The notes under the pieces were generated by a model. That model worked only from the letters and a program-made list of their open reading frames with translations. It had not been told where the DNA came from and made no database searches. 64,000 nt of DNA, taken from contig OZ076409.1 of assembly GCA_964187785.1 (NCBI GenBank), forward strand, positions 13,270,001-13,334,000, written 5' to 3'. Made by a program: the position numbers and the translations under genes. Source of the stretch: Amphiscolops sp. MND2022 (Eukaryota). Shown one piece after another: positions 1 through 11,872 of this stretch (the first letter of the stretch is position 1; each line of letters begins with the position of its first letter).

Positions 1-1431
1 AACATGATACATGGAACGAAAGAAAAAGCACAGTTGGACGAAAACGGATTACAAGATAACATTATTTAGCTACATGATTTCAAAAACCATTCATCAGTGA
101 CAAGAACAAGAACGCAAATAGGTTCTTTGAAAGCTCCAACAACAGCAAGTTGGAGCAACGGGTCTTGTAATGGGCCGGCTACAACATTCAGGACAATAGG
201 GACTCAGTAAGTTTTTTTTGGGAAAATGGAAGTTTTTATTGATACTAATGATACTTCGGAGTCTGGTAGAAACCCAGATAATAACGAGTCGGAGTTTTGT
301 GGTGGGAGACGCTCGGTAACTTTCTACAAACTGAAGCGACAGCGACAGCGACAGCAAGGAGATAGCAATGCAGTTACTTTGAGAAAACTAGGATGTAGCT
401 AGGGAAAACTACGTGTCGGAAAGCAAAGCGTAGAATGTAGCGCAGCTATTGACTTCAAATTATCAAACACTCTTATCAGATCCACTGTGCACTCTGAAAA
501 CAATAGTAAAATTTTCAGTCGCGGTAATGTTGTAAAGTCTCTTTCTCTAATGATTGAGATGATGCATGATTCAAAGTCCTTTCAAGAAAGTGGGGTCCGG
601 AACAGGGTTATGGAACGATCAGGGAAGGCATATCTCTCGTTGACATGTCTCCCCCGTGGTCAGTCAGCTTCGATAATGAAACGTGTAGCAAAGATTGAGA
701 AACCGGCTGGAGACGTTTCAGACAAACCTTCAAATCTACTCTTTGGATGTTGAAGTATTATGGAAGCTGAGTTAAAGGAGCTGAAGCATTTTCGTTATGC
801 ACTATTCGAATGTTTGAAAGGAAAGCAATTGGTTGAACCAAAGGAACGTCGGACGTTGATGATGAAGTTTGTGATAATTGAGAAAGCTATGACATCAAAT
901 GAGAAAATAGGTTTTTAGAAGCATTCGTTGTGTTATGTGAACATGTGGAAAACAATTTTAAGGTCAGCGAACTGGTATGGGCGGGAATTTCATCCCTCTT
1001 TTTGAGACGTTCTCATTCACTCACCCTGAAACTTGGCATATACATACTCGAACTGCTAACTCAATTTTTCACTCGGAACGCCCGAACCGGTATCTCCCCT
1101 GGGTTCCGAGCAATATGAACCGGAATGTGTGTAGGTCGACCCCTTGAATGCTCAATTTTGTCATGCAAGTTTTTATGTGATTTATATATATGATCTTGAA
1201 GGAAATGTAAGTATGTTGAAAATAATGACATTTACGTGTAAACATACTTTCGAGCCTACCTAACAATCATGCCAAAACCACCACACAGTTTGTTTACTTA
1301 GCCAATAACCTCATATTATGCTTTAATGTCATTCATTCAATTTTACATATTTTTGCTTATCTTTACTGAATTATTGAAAAACTGATTTATTTCCTTACTA
1401 TATGAAGAGTTTGAATACTGATTTGCTATAG

Positions 1432-1743
1432 TCAATTTGGGTCTCAGGCCCACGAGACTAATTAACTTTCCATATCTTTTTCCCACAACATTCCACATTC
1501 CATCTTTTCCACAACATTTCCCTAGAGTGAGAGCGAACAAGTGCTACTCTAATGTTGGAAGTTGCAGCGCGTGATGATACAGAGCGGGAAGTTTCTGACG
1601 GATCTCAGAGGACCCACTCTAGTGTAAAACGGGAGTGCAGGACATCCCACGGGTCACCGCCCTACGTAGCCAAAAGGTTCAGTTTTATAAAACACGAAAA
1701 CTTGGATTGTTTAGTAACAGTCCACAGTACTAAACAACGGATT
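1432..1743. repeat. Dispersed repeat, copy 1 (direct repeat of ~4128-4362)
   Basis: Shares colinear blocks with 4128-4362: TTGGGTCT..GAGACTAATTAA, CTAGAGT.AGAGCGA..AAGT, GCTACTCT..TGTTGGA, GGGAAGT...TGACGGATC, TTGTTTAGTAACAGTCCACA.TACTAA.CAACGGAT. The copies are visibly diverged. Confidence 0.75.
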
Positions 1744-1749
1744 CATTCG

Positions 1750-2619
1750 AATTAGAAATCACGAGTGGAGAACGAAGAGTTGATTCGCTGACGTTTGGAG
1801 TTATCAAGATATTAATACGAACTTGAATATCTACGTGGCCGAGACAATGATAAAGTCGACACACTTTCCAAGCTTGGTGCTATCTTTCTCAACAACTCCA
1901 ACTTGATGGACCTCCAACAACAGCTTGCCATTCTCGACGTTACTCAATTTTTTTAGTATGTTTAGTGACATAAGTTATCCGCATCTTTTCGAAGACGTCA
2001 AAAACATGACTCACTGTCTCAAAAACCTTTTTACCAGTTTTGGAAAAAAACACTAAGTACAAACACTCCGATAGAGATCCACAGGTTCGATCCGACGAGA
2101 TTTGTGCCTTCTCTCATTCGAACAGCATAGCAGTCTCGCTTACCACTCCTTATCATCCCTGTCGAAAATGTCCCTGACCGAGCGATAAAATGGGACCATT
2201 TGGAGACCGGTACAGTGTCTGATACACTCTGGAAAGCACCTGTCCTCTTCGAGGGAGTCGTTATAACCTGTAACCTTGTCGTCCATTCGGACGCTCATCA
2301 ACATAACATCTAGAAAAACTCCTCATGAGCGCTTTTTCAAATCCCCCCGCCCTCGGACAGCATCCACAATAAAGCAAAAACTCCCGACGTCTTGAGCTCG
2401 TCAGGTACAGATAGAGCCTTGCAATTCATGTAGACGGTGCTACGGATTCCACCAAGGATTACTGAAATTCAACACATCCTTCCCAATGACCAGACGACAA
2501 AGTCTCCCGACAACACAACAGCTTCTGATGACACTAGTCACCCAGTATTGGACGTCCCCATCAATTCCGTCCGACGTCCACGGAGACCTGCGTACTTGAA
2601 CGACTATTCAACCCCTTAG
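1750..2619 (+). mobile_element. Decayed Ty3/Gypsy pol remnant (RNase H C-terminus + integrase)
   Basis: Translates with stops as R*RLELSRY*YELEYLRGRDNDKVDTLSK (end of RNase H), then HSDRDPQVRSDEICAFSHSNSIAVSLTTPYHP (integrase core SD..TPYHP), then an RRPRRPAYLNDY tail typical of Gypsy integrase C-termini. Confidence 0.7.
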
Positions 2620-2897
2620 GATCACTTGAGAGTACTTATATGACTCGGAGGCGCCCAAGAGGAGTATCACAAAGATTATCTGTTTCGTTCTGAAAGAGAG
2701 AGAGAAGTTAATTTCCCCATTACCGCGGGGTGGACGCCGAATCAGCAGTTCTGCTTTTCTAAGTCGGCGCCCTTTCGGATACTATCTCCCCATAGCAAGC
2801 TATGGTACCATATTTGCAGCCAAGTGGTCAAGCAATTGTGGGCTTGAAGCTGTGGTTTCAAAGTGACTTGCTCAAGGTCTGACTGCTCACCGTTGCT

Positions 2898-3068
2898 CTT
2901 TTTGTTTTGCTTTTCTCCGCCAAATGCGTTATTTTTTGTCATTGACCATACCACTAAGCTAGGGATGAAGGACTTGCTTAAGGACCAACAATGGTGAGTT
3001 GAGAGAGATTCGAACCTGATACCGCCCCAGTACAGGCCGAATGCTCTAACCACTACGCCATGCTCCCC
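2898..3068 (-). mobile_element. tRNA-derived SINE with CORE/V-like central block
   Basis: Minus strand GGGGAGCATGGCGTAGTGGTTAGAGC (A box) ... GGTTCGAATC (B box) ... CTCACCA, then TGTTGGTCCTTAAGCAAGTCCTTCATCCC resembling the CCTTGGGCAAGTCACTT core, then an A-rich tail. The stems do not pair as in a functional tRNA. Confidence 0.7.
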
Positions 3069-4127
3069 TGAAAATCGGTCTCGTCCTTTTGAAGCGGTGA
3101 AGAATGTTGTCTTATATGTTCTTATGAAACAGTATTGTGTATTCTGTATTGTGTATTCTTCTTGGCACATACAAGATATTTTATGTGTTTTAGATGTAAG
3201 GCCTTTGTTTGGTATGCACTTGAGTATTTTCCAAGTAGTGTTTTCTCACAACAGTACCTCGAATGGTTCTTTGTGATCTTTGGAGCCAACTGGATGCCAT
3301 TGAAAGTTCAAACTCAACCTTCGTTTTTTCTCACGAATTATGACTATGAATGAGTCTGCTCTGGCTGAATACAGCATTCAGAGTAAGATAGTTTTGTGTA
3401 TCACAAACAACCTCCTAGGTACAAGCCTTAGAACGCCAAATAGGGAGTGAAATGTCGCCATTGATCAAAAAAGACTTTGCGTCGTGAAATGAACCCGAGA
3501 CAGTGTTAGCGGGATGGAAATTGTTCCATGAGGTCTCCGGAGTTCACAATGGGAAAATGTTTAGCAATCCTACCTAGCTTCCAATGGTTCCAAAGACACT
3601 AGAAGCCAACTGATTAGAAGCTGGTGTTCATACTCGACGTATCAGAATTTCTAAAGGCAGAATCCTCTGTTAAGGCATCCGTCGTCAAAACCATATTTAC
3701 TGGAAGGTAGTCGAGAGCAGGGATGTTGAGATTTCGACAATGTCATTCTCGAATGACTTTCCAATTCAAAATTCTCCGTCTCAAAATCTGAGCATAACTT
3801 CTCTGTTTTAAAGCTCGACATATTCGTACTTGTCGACTAATTTCTAGCCTGATTTAGGTTTTTGGGCTCTTTATTTTCTTTTAAAGTTTTTTTTGATCTT
3901 TTTTTCAAAAAATTTTTTGTTCCACGCGCAAAGCTTCGTCGATACTCTGAATGCATTCCATTGAGGAATTGAATAAAAAATACATTTTGGAAGTCATCAG
4001 TCGCAGTTTTCATTGGTCCCATATTCAATATCATTTATCAAGAATTGTAACAATATTTGCGCCTGACAAATCACGAACTAGAAAATACATCAATTGTTCG
4101 TATAATATCTTCTAATAGCTATATTAA

Positions 4128-4362
4128 AGTTGGGTCTTATTACCAAGAGACTAATTAAACAACTTCTCAATCTTCACAACTTTTCGCTAGAGTCAGAGCG
4201 ACTAAGTAGCTACTCTCATTGTTGGAGAGCCGGAGCGCGTGAAGATACGGTGAGGGAAGTCTGTGACGGATCACATCGGACCCACCAGCCAAAAGATACA
4301 GTCCTTTAAAACAAGAAAACCAGGATTTGTTTAGTAACAGTCCACAATACTAAGCAACGGAT
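4128..4362. repeat. Dispersed repeat, copy 2 (direct repeat of ~1432-1743)
   Basis: Same colinear blocks as copy 1. Confidence 0.75.
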
Positions 4363-5029
4363 CTGGGCGGCGTAAAGTTTGTCAAGCTTCAGCGCAGGAT
4401 AAGGGCAAGCAGCCGTTACATCCACAGAGAGTACCGACTATTTCTCCTATTTCTCGACAACCCTGGTCCTGAATCGCGTTAATATGTTTTTGAAAACCGA
4501 CTCGCTTGTCCATCATAGAGGACGAGGGCTTAATCTTGAAAAAGCTGGTCAGTGAAACACTTTTTTGGCAGGTTGGTGACACTTGCCTCTGAAATTCGAA
4601 TGGCAGTAGGCTTCGCCTAAAGAATTTAGAAAATAGGCAACGGGAATCAAAACATTTGAAAGTATCAACCTCAAATTTAGACTCAATTGAGCCTTGAGCT
4701 ATCCCGCACTTTTCCCCCTTCTGTTCGTCTCTTATTTGACTTGAAAGGTAGCTAAAACTGGGCTTTGAAATGCGTTCTCTTTTGCAATTAACAAACTTGT
4801 TCGCAGGATACTTGGAAGTGTTAAATTGTGATCAGCAAGGTGAAGGTAGCTGATCTGAGATGTTTAACAGACTTTTTTCGACTTCCCAAACATAAAACAC
4901 AAGCTTACCAAAATGCTGATACACCAATATCAGAATTTCATTTCAAAGACAGAACTTAAAATAAAGAAAATGATAATTAGCTAGTACTAGGTGTATAAGC
5001 TTTACAGATAATACCGCATAGGGCGGAAA

Positions 5030-8000
5030 GTTTTTTCAGTAATTCAATATTCACGCTGTTCATCAGCTGGTCAAATTTCCCCATAATCGGATACGAGAAA
5101 AAAAATCTGGTAAAATTTCTACCCCACTATCTCTAAAATATTCACATGCTGTAATCATATGATACTCATCGGCTTTAGATTGCTTACAACAATACGGACA
5201 TTTTTGGTTTTAGTTGTCCGTGATTCTCTCTGTCACTCTCGGTGACGTGTACGGTACGCAGCGAAATTGGCTTAGTTGCACCCCTTGCTTACCCTTTAAT
5301 TTTTGTAGATAAGGTTCTAGAAGAAGCGGATGTTTGAATCCCCTATAGCAGTCGCAAACTGAGAAAGACAGTAGCATCAGTTGCCAGGACTGAATAGCTA
5401 AGTCTTCGCATTGTCGCTTAATATACTTCTTGAACTCGGCGTCTCCAATGTAATTCACGTATGTATCTACTGTAGGTATTCCGCAGCTAACCAAAATATT
5501 TTTCACTCTCAGAATCCATTTGTTCTCATATTTGTTGGAATTGATTAGCCAAAACATCGAATTCGCAAAACTTTTTTTTTCGTACGAAAGTTTTATCCAA
5601 AAAATGCCATTTTTTGCCATATTGTAAATTTCAGTTCTTGTTGTCCTAACTCCCTATATGTCATTATGTCATTGCTTTAGGGGCACTTTTTCGTATACGA
5701 AGCAGACGTCTGAGAAAATTACAATGAAAAACTTCAATCTGCTCAGTGTCCTCATGGCCCCACACTTCACAGCCGTATTGTAAATTGGGCTTTATCATCA
5801 CGTCAAATAGGTGTAATTTGGTGTCTGTTTCGAGATCGATTTTACTCATAAGAACATCCAATTTGAATAGCGCCTTTTTAGCTCTACCGACATTGTTTTT
5901 CATTGCAGCTTGAAACGTGTTGTTGTACTTTAACATGACTCCGAGGAAGCAAAAATTATCGACACGCTCAATTGCAGTTCTATTAATGTAAATAGTTGAC
6001 TGTTTCCTAATTATACCTCGTGAACAAATCATATACTTAGTTTTCGATGCATTTATTATCATTTTATTCTGAATATCAATATTTCAAGGTTGCGTCGAGA
6101 ACTCGTTGCATATCTTCCTCAGTTTCACTGAGCAAAAGCGTATCATCTGCATATAGAAGTGAGTACGTCTTCAAAAAAGTTGTAAGCTCTTCACTTTGCT
6201 CTGCATTCAGACAAATACCTTCAAATCCCGTTCGTATCAAGTTATTGAAATCATTCAGAACCTTTATGAAGAGAAGTGGCGATAAATTGTTATCTTGACG
6301 TACACCTATATTGCAGCAATCATTGACATGAGTTAGTTTACCATTAACTCGAACACATGCTTTGGTTTTCTGATAGAGGCTTTGGATGACAGGTAAATTT
6401 TTTCACCTTATTTTCGCTTGTCCTAGTTTTTGCCAGAGTTATCCATGGTCTACCTTACCGAAGGATTTTCAAATTCAATAACTGTAACACAAAGTTTCCT
6501 CTTCTGTGCAAGGTTTGTGCTCATGATCGATGATATAATGAAAACATGATCAACGAATCCAGTGTTTTTCTATAAAACCTGCATGTTCCAGTTCTAACAC
6601 ATCTCGTTTCTTTAGGCGTTTTTGGATTCTTTCATTAAGCACCGAGGTGAAGAGCTCACAGACACAACTGGCTAGAGATATACCACGGTAGTTGTTGGGG
6701 TCCATTTGTCCCATTCTTTGAAAATAGGCTGGTATATTGAGGTCGCCCAAGTGTCGGGCACTATCCCTATATCAAGTAATCTATTGAAAAATGTTGTTAT
6801 CATGAAAATATGTTCATGGGGAACATATTTTATAATTTCAGGGTAGATTTTATAGAGACCAGCTGATTTACCATTTTTAATCTTTTTCATACATAAGCGT
6901 ACTTCACTCTCTGTAATGGGTACATTTAAGTCATCATTGTCATCATTCTTATTAACAGAAACTTGCGGAGCTTCAAGAGCATTGTTCAGGTACTTGAAGT
7001 GATCGTAGTTTGGATTTTGCAATGGGGATATTGTCTAGTTCTCTTGAAAGTCTTTTGAAAGAGGACCAATATTCTTTCGGGTTGTCAAGTTTTTTTAGGT
7101 GTAGTAGCTGATTAGTGTCAGACTCACATTTATTTTTTCTTTTGCAGCAAAAACAACTTATAGTCCTTAGCCGCTGCTTTCCCTTCGCAGGGTTGGATGT
7201 TTTATTTGCTTCCCGTAACTTTCTGCGGTATATGCGCCGTCGGATTTGGTAGTCATCATCGAACCAGTCATTGCGTGGTTCAAATGCGGGTTTACGTTTA
7301 CGTTTTAAAGCGCCAACTGGCTTGGCACTATCGAGTAATAATTCTGTCAGCAGAGCATTACTGTAGATACATTTATTACTGTATCTACATTTATTCACTA
7401 TTGTATCTACTTGCATTTGAGCCTCAAAACAAGCTTGAATTTAAAAAGAATCCTTCGTACTTAAGTGTTTCAAAAAAATTTTCTGGGCTTTATTCCAAAC
7501 GCGTTTCTTTTGAGTTGTACTTTGAAGCGATTCGACCTTTGGAGATACTTTGCTGCATTCAAGTTCGAGTACAAGTCAGCAGTGAACATCAGATAGAGAG
7601 GGATCGAAATTTTTTACACAGTGGTTTAGAAATGAGTCGAAGCAACAGTGTATTCAACACTTCTTTTTCCATTATGTGTTACGCACGTGTATTCGCCGAT
7701 ATGCTTGTCTTCGTCGATTCTACCATTGAGGATATCAATTGTCTTTGTTTTACACAGGTCAATTAGAAGCCTACCATTTGCATTGATCTTTGTATCTCTA
7801 TTTGCTCTAGCTTCTATATTATTTATCTCATCGTCTAGTAGAAGACAGTCAACTAGGTTTCCTGTTTGGGCATTGAAATCACCCCTTATTAAAATATTAC
7901 GCAACGAATTTTTAAACTTAATGGATTTAATCTTGGATTTAATCAAAACAATTGCCATCCCAATGTGTCGAGCTTTCACACGGTATGTAGTAAAGGCCAA

Positions 8001-8290
8001 TCGAGTAGTCAGCGCAGTTACATTATGCATCCAACCAAAGTCCTAGATTGCTTTCAGTAAAATGGTATTTCAGACTCTTACGTATTAGAAAAGCAAGGCT
8101 CCGGAAACCTTTCAGTTTCGACTTATCAGTTCCAGTGAAAGTTTAATGCTCATTGAATTCTTCAGTGTCAAAAACATTATTAGCGTTTCCGTAAGTACAA
8201 CAATGTCATTTGCACTGACTACTCGTTGGATTTCTTTCAAATTCATTCAAATTTTAAAATATATTTCAAAGTTACTAATGATGTCGTGCC
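5030..8290 (-). mobile_element. Decayed non-LTR retrotransposon ORF2 (APE endonuclease + reverse transcriptase), many frameshifts/stops
   Basis: Colinear minus-strand fragments: NDIVVLTET, ILIRGDFNAQTG..NANGRLLIDLCK..ILNGR..YTC (APE); WFDDD; KNGKSAG..PE; DPNNYRGISLASCVCELFTSVLNER; LLYADDTLLL; INASKTKYM..FCFLGV; YGCEVWG. Confidence 0.9.
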
Positions 8291-8525
8291 AATTTATCAG
8301 CTATTGTTGTTTTGCCAAAGATCCGTTCCGTAGGAGATTCTGCAAATTGTTGAGGGGGTTACTCGATAATGGGTTGAGATTTGGACCAGAGACTGCTGTT
8401 ACACGCTTCTCGTATTTTTTTGTTTTGTACTTGTAATGTATTGCGCTCACCGCGTTGTTCAGAGAGCTTGCACCTACCACATATACCATGGGTCCAGTAT
8501 TCGTGTACACTTCAGATTGAAACAA
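8291..8525 (-). mobile_element. Possible ORF1 remnant of the LINE (SGNH-esterase-like)
   Basis: VYVVGASSLNNA...VSGPNLN...WHDIISN lies directly upstream of ORF2 on the same strand. The esterase resemblance is weak and inferred. Confidence 0.3.
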
Positions 8526-8789
8526 ATTCTCTATTTAATAAGTTTAACACAACAATTAGGCTCGAAACAACGCGAAGTACTCGCAATAAAACTCTCAGAA
8601 TGGCTGTGACAAGCAGCATCCAAACACCCATATCTGTAGTCGGGACAATCGTAACTCCACGAACAACTGAAAACAGCGCTCTCATCAAATCAGTGCCCGA
8701 GAAAAATTTGTTAGACCCAAATGCCCCGGCTATGTGGTGACAGAACTATTTTTCACCACCCATATTCAGCATTTATCAAATATCGTCTA

Positions 8790-9025
8790 CAGTCCATGAT
8801 TCAGGAAATAGTAATCCGTCTTGATTCCCGAAGACGATCATCACGTTCTTCCTGTACAGGAAAACAAGCAGTGATGCGTGATCGATGGGAGTCACCCCAT
8901 GTGTCAATCCCTATTCCTGATAGATCTTCATTTGAATTCCCAGGGAGCTGTACGCAAATGTCAGAGATCATGTTCAAAAATTGAAACAGTGGCTCATGTG
9001 TGGCTGAGAAAGCAAATTCCAATGT
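8790..9025. repeat. Dispersed repeat, left half (matches ~19473-19700)
   Basis: Shared TCCATGATTCAGGAAATAGTA, TGATCGATG.GAGTCACCC.ATGTGTCAATCCCTAT.CCTGATAGA.CTTCATTTG, TGTGGCTGA. Confidence 0.8.
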
Positions 9026-9528
9026 CACAGACTGCACGCACCGGTAGTCAACGTAATCGAAGGCGACAACACTGAGCTTCCCCAGGCGTTCTCAAGTTAT
9101 AGACAATATGGACTCGAAGTCCACTGGACTACACTAACTATTTGTTGGATAAAGTTGTCCTAATTATTTCTTTAGCTTTTCTACAACGTTGATATGTTCT
9201 ATTCGTTCATTTAGTCACGCAATCATGTATTTGTACTTATATGAACTAGTACTGTGCAATTGTTTTAACATGCAGTTTGGTAATCTTGTAATGCAATTCA
9301 GCCAAACTATTGATCGGAAAGGAAACTCGTTCAAATAGGCTGGCGCTCTGGCCTAATTGACGCATGGACCGCTTAGATTTTTGACTAATCAGATGTGCTT
9401 ATTGATGGGACCATTTTCTGAATAACGAGAAACGAGACAACCAAAACCTTGCAAAATCGAATCTGTTTTACCTTTTCACCAATTTCCGTTATTCTGTTCC
9501 TTTCATTGCTATACTTTTGAAATAACAC

Positions 9529-9972
9529 CAGGGGTGTTCATTTTTGTATTGTAATATATTGACTCAAATTAATCAATATATTTAAATATAAGCCTACAAA
9601 AATCAATAATTTAATTTTTCACTTCTAAAAAATCAATGAAAGTATTGTGCTCAAAAGCAACTTATTAAGAAACTTGAATTTACAAAAGTTTTTTGTACAT
9701 CAAAGTGAATCCAACATGCTTTATGCACCATCAAAAACATTTGAGACTCAAAATTGCTTGGAGAAAGCTTCTTTCTATAATCAGCCATCATCAATTTTAC
9801 TCGACTAAAAAATATGCTACGTTGTTAGACTAATTTCACTCTGCAATTAATGATTTCCCTGCAAGATTACGGGCAATCAATATTTGTTGGTAAATAGAGT
9901 AGTTAAATCAATTATTGTAATTGTTTAATTGCAATAATTGTTTTTTTTGCAATAATTAATTGAACATCCCTG
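9529..9972. mobile_element. hAT-type MITE
   Basis: TIRs CAGGGGTGTTCA / TGAACATCCCTG (11/12). Flanking 8-mers AATAACAC and AATAGCCC (6/8, degenerate TSD). AT-rich interior with ATTG(C/T)AAT motifs. Confidence 0.7.
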
Positions 9973-10197
9973 AATAGCCCTCAATCTTTGTAATGCTTTC
10001 AACAAGGAAGCAGAAAGTTAAAGACCCTGAACCTCTTGTACAAGCCGCAAATCCAGACCCAATCATATCAAAACGGATTTTAGTAAATTTGCTAACTATA
10101 GAACGAGAGTTCCGTAGTCTCCCAGAATAATAAAGTTACGACAGCCCCCACAAATGAAGATTCTCCCAGTATGTTGGAAATAATTGATTCACTTTTG

Positions 10198-10400
10198 CTT
10201 GGCCTCCCAGAATCATTCTGAAAAACTACCTCTGTTCCCACTTCTGTTCACCCAATGGTTTCTAGCTGATTCTGTTAAATATAAAGACAACAGGAAAGCT
10301 CCTAAGCAACATCTCAGTAAAATGAAATTGCCTAAATATCCTCCAGCGCAAGCCTATTTCATTTCTTATCACGTTCCAGGTTAACAGTTTTATACAAAAC
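10198..10400. repeat. Dispersed repeat, right half (matches ~19757-19960)
   Basis: Shared GGCCTCCCAGAATCATTCTGAAAA, CACCCAATGGTTT.TAGCT..TTCTGTTA..TATAAAGA.AACAG, AGCGCAAGC. Confidence 0.8.
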
Positions 10401-10951
10401 TGAGCAAAATGGCGCGAAGACGAATTTGCCTAACAAGAAGTCTCTGAGTGTAGTATGATAGTTCAACTCCTCACATGAACATCATCATAATTTGACCCCC
10501 ATGCTCTCTTTTGGGGAGAATTGTTCTTCATTCCAGATCAACCTTTAATGAATCAGCAGTAGAATCTGAAAAGGTGTGATTGCGATAATGCTCACACTTG
10601 CGACAGAATTTGGTACAGTTTCTGAGAAACGAATAAACAAATCAGTATCAGCGTTGATTCACTATGTCATCTTAATATGTCATGTATGAAAAACATGCAT
10701 GCGATTTGTGAAATGACCTTTTTGTTGAAAGCATTTGCCTCATAAGAAGACTTTGGTACGAAAAACCTGATCATCATACAAAGAACATAGTTTGTGGTAC
10801 GTTTCATGAATTGCTTGAATTTGTTTTGTCTCTTTTTTGTATGACAGAACTGATTTCATACATCACCGTACATGAATTCTTATGCTGTACAATCGTTTTG
10901 TTTGAAAATCAACCCAGGATTGCAATGACCAGCGTATCATCGCTTGCTAAT

Positions 10952-11465
10952 AACAAGACGGGAACGCCCCAAGTCGGCGCCATATCTTAGGCTCAAAAAT
11001 ATTCAAGGAACAACTATTGGAAATATTTGGAAAACATTATTTTTTTTCCAAAAAAAGTATTTGGTAAAAAAGTCGCACAATGCCGAAAAACCTAAAAAGA
11101 GGTCATTTAGGCTCATTCAACGTTTTCTACAAACCGAAAACTTCAAAAAAATTCAAGGGGGTACCCTTTGATGAAATTCGAAAATTTTCGAAAAAAGTCG
11201 CATAGTGCCGAAAAAAACCCAAAGGGGGACCCTTTGGTCTCACCTGTACTTTTGGAAGTAATAAAAAATTTATGGTTTAGTGCGAGAATCGAACCCACGC
11301 TCTCCGGCTTGGTCGAAGATGGAAGATGAACAAATATGAAAAATGAACAAATTGTAAGAAAAGTGGACCACTCAGAGTGAGATTAGTGAGATTGTCAACT
11401 GAAAAAAAACTACTCACTGTAAGAGTCGGGCTTTTTTCCTTAAGGGAAAAGGCGCCGACTAAAAA
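10952..11465 (-). mobile_element. Non-autonomous Helentron-like (HINE/DINE-1-type) element, subfamily A
   Basis: Minus strand: TTTTTAGTCGGCGCC 5' subTIR inside a long hairpin; 3' subTIR GGCGCCGACT followed by stem-loop GGGGCG-TTCC-CGTCTT and GTT. No TSD. Colinear with 55212-55741. Confidence 0.75.
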
Positions 11466-11834
11466 TGTGACAAATGGTCGAATTGTTTTCTCCATATTTT
11501 ACACTGCCAATTATGGTGAGTCCGTCAAATGGCAAGCAATTATCACCAGATTTTCGATTATTTCCCAAAAAATAGTCAAAAATGTGCTTTTTTCAAATTT
11601 ATCAAAGCACAGCTATCGCGTTTATCACTCTGGTTGAAAATTGTGAATAAAAAGCGAATTCTCCAAAGTGATTTTGGATGTTTAAACCCAAGATCCTCAG
11701 GGTTTGGATATTTTCTGATGCAATGGGCCCCGGACTTGCCCATGCATTTACACTAGTTGCAATTGCTTTCTAGTGTCAATTTTTTGGGCAATATATGTGT
11801 TGAAGCGACATTTGGTCATCGCCTTTTCGCGAAT

Positions 11835-11835
<1 letters not shown>

Positions 11836-11867
<32 letters not shown>
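11836..11867. repeat. (CT)16 microsatellite
   Basis: Perfect CT dinucleotide run. Confidence 0.95.

Positions 11868-11872
<5 letters not shown>

Noticed and set aside
2992..3068. Functional tRNA gene
   Set aside because: Acceptor, anticodon and T stems pair poorly, CCA is encoded, and a SINE-like body follows.
1432..4362. Single LTR element bounded by the two direct repeats
   Set aside because: The repeats are quite diverged, I found no TG..CA/PBS/PPT/TSD set, and the interior is a patchwork.
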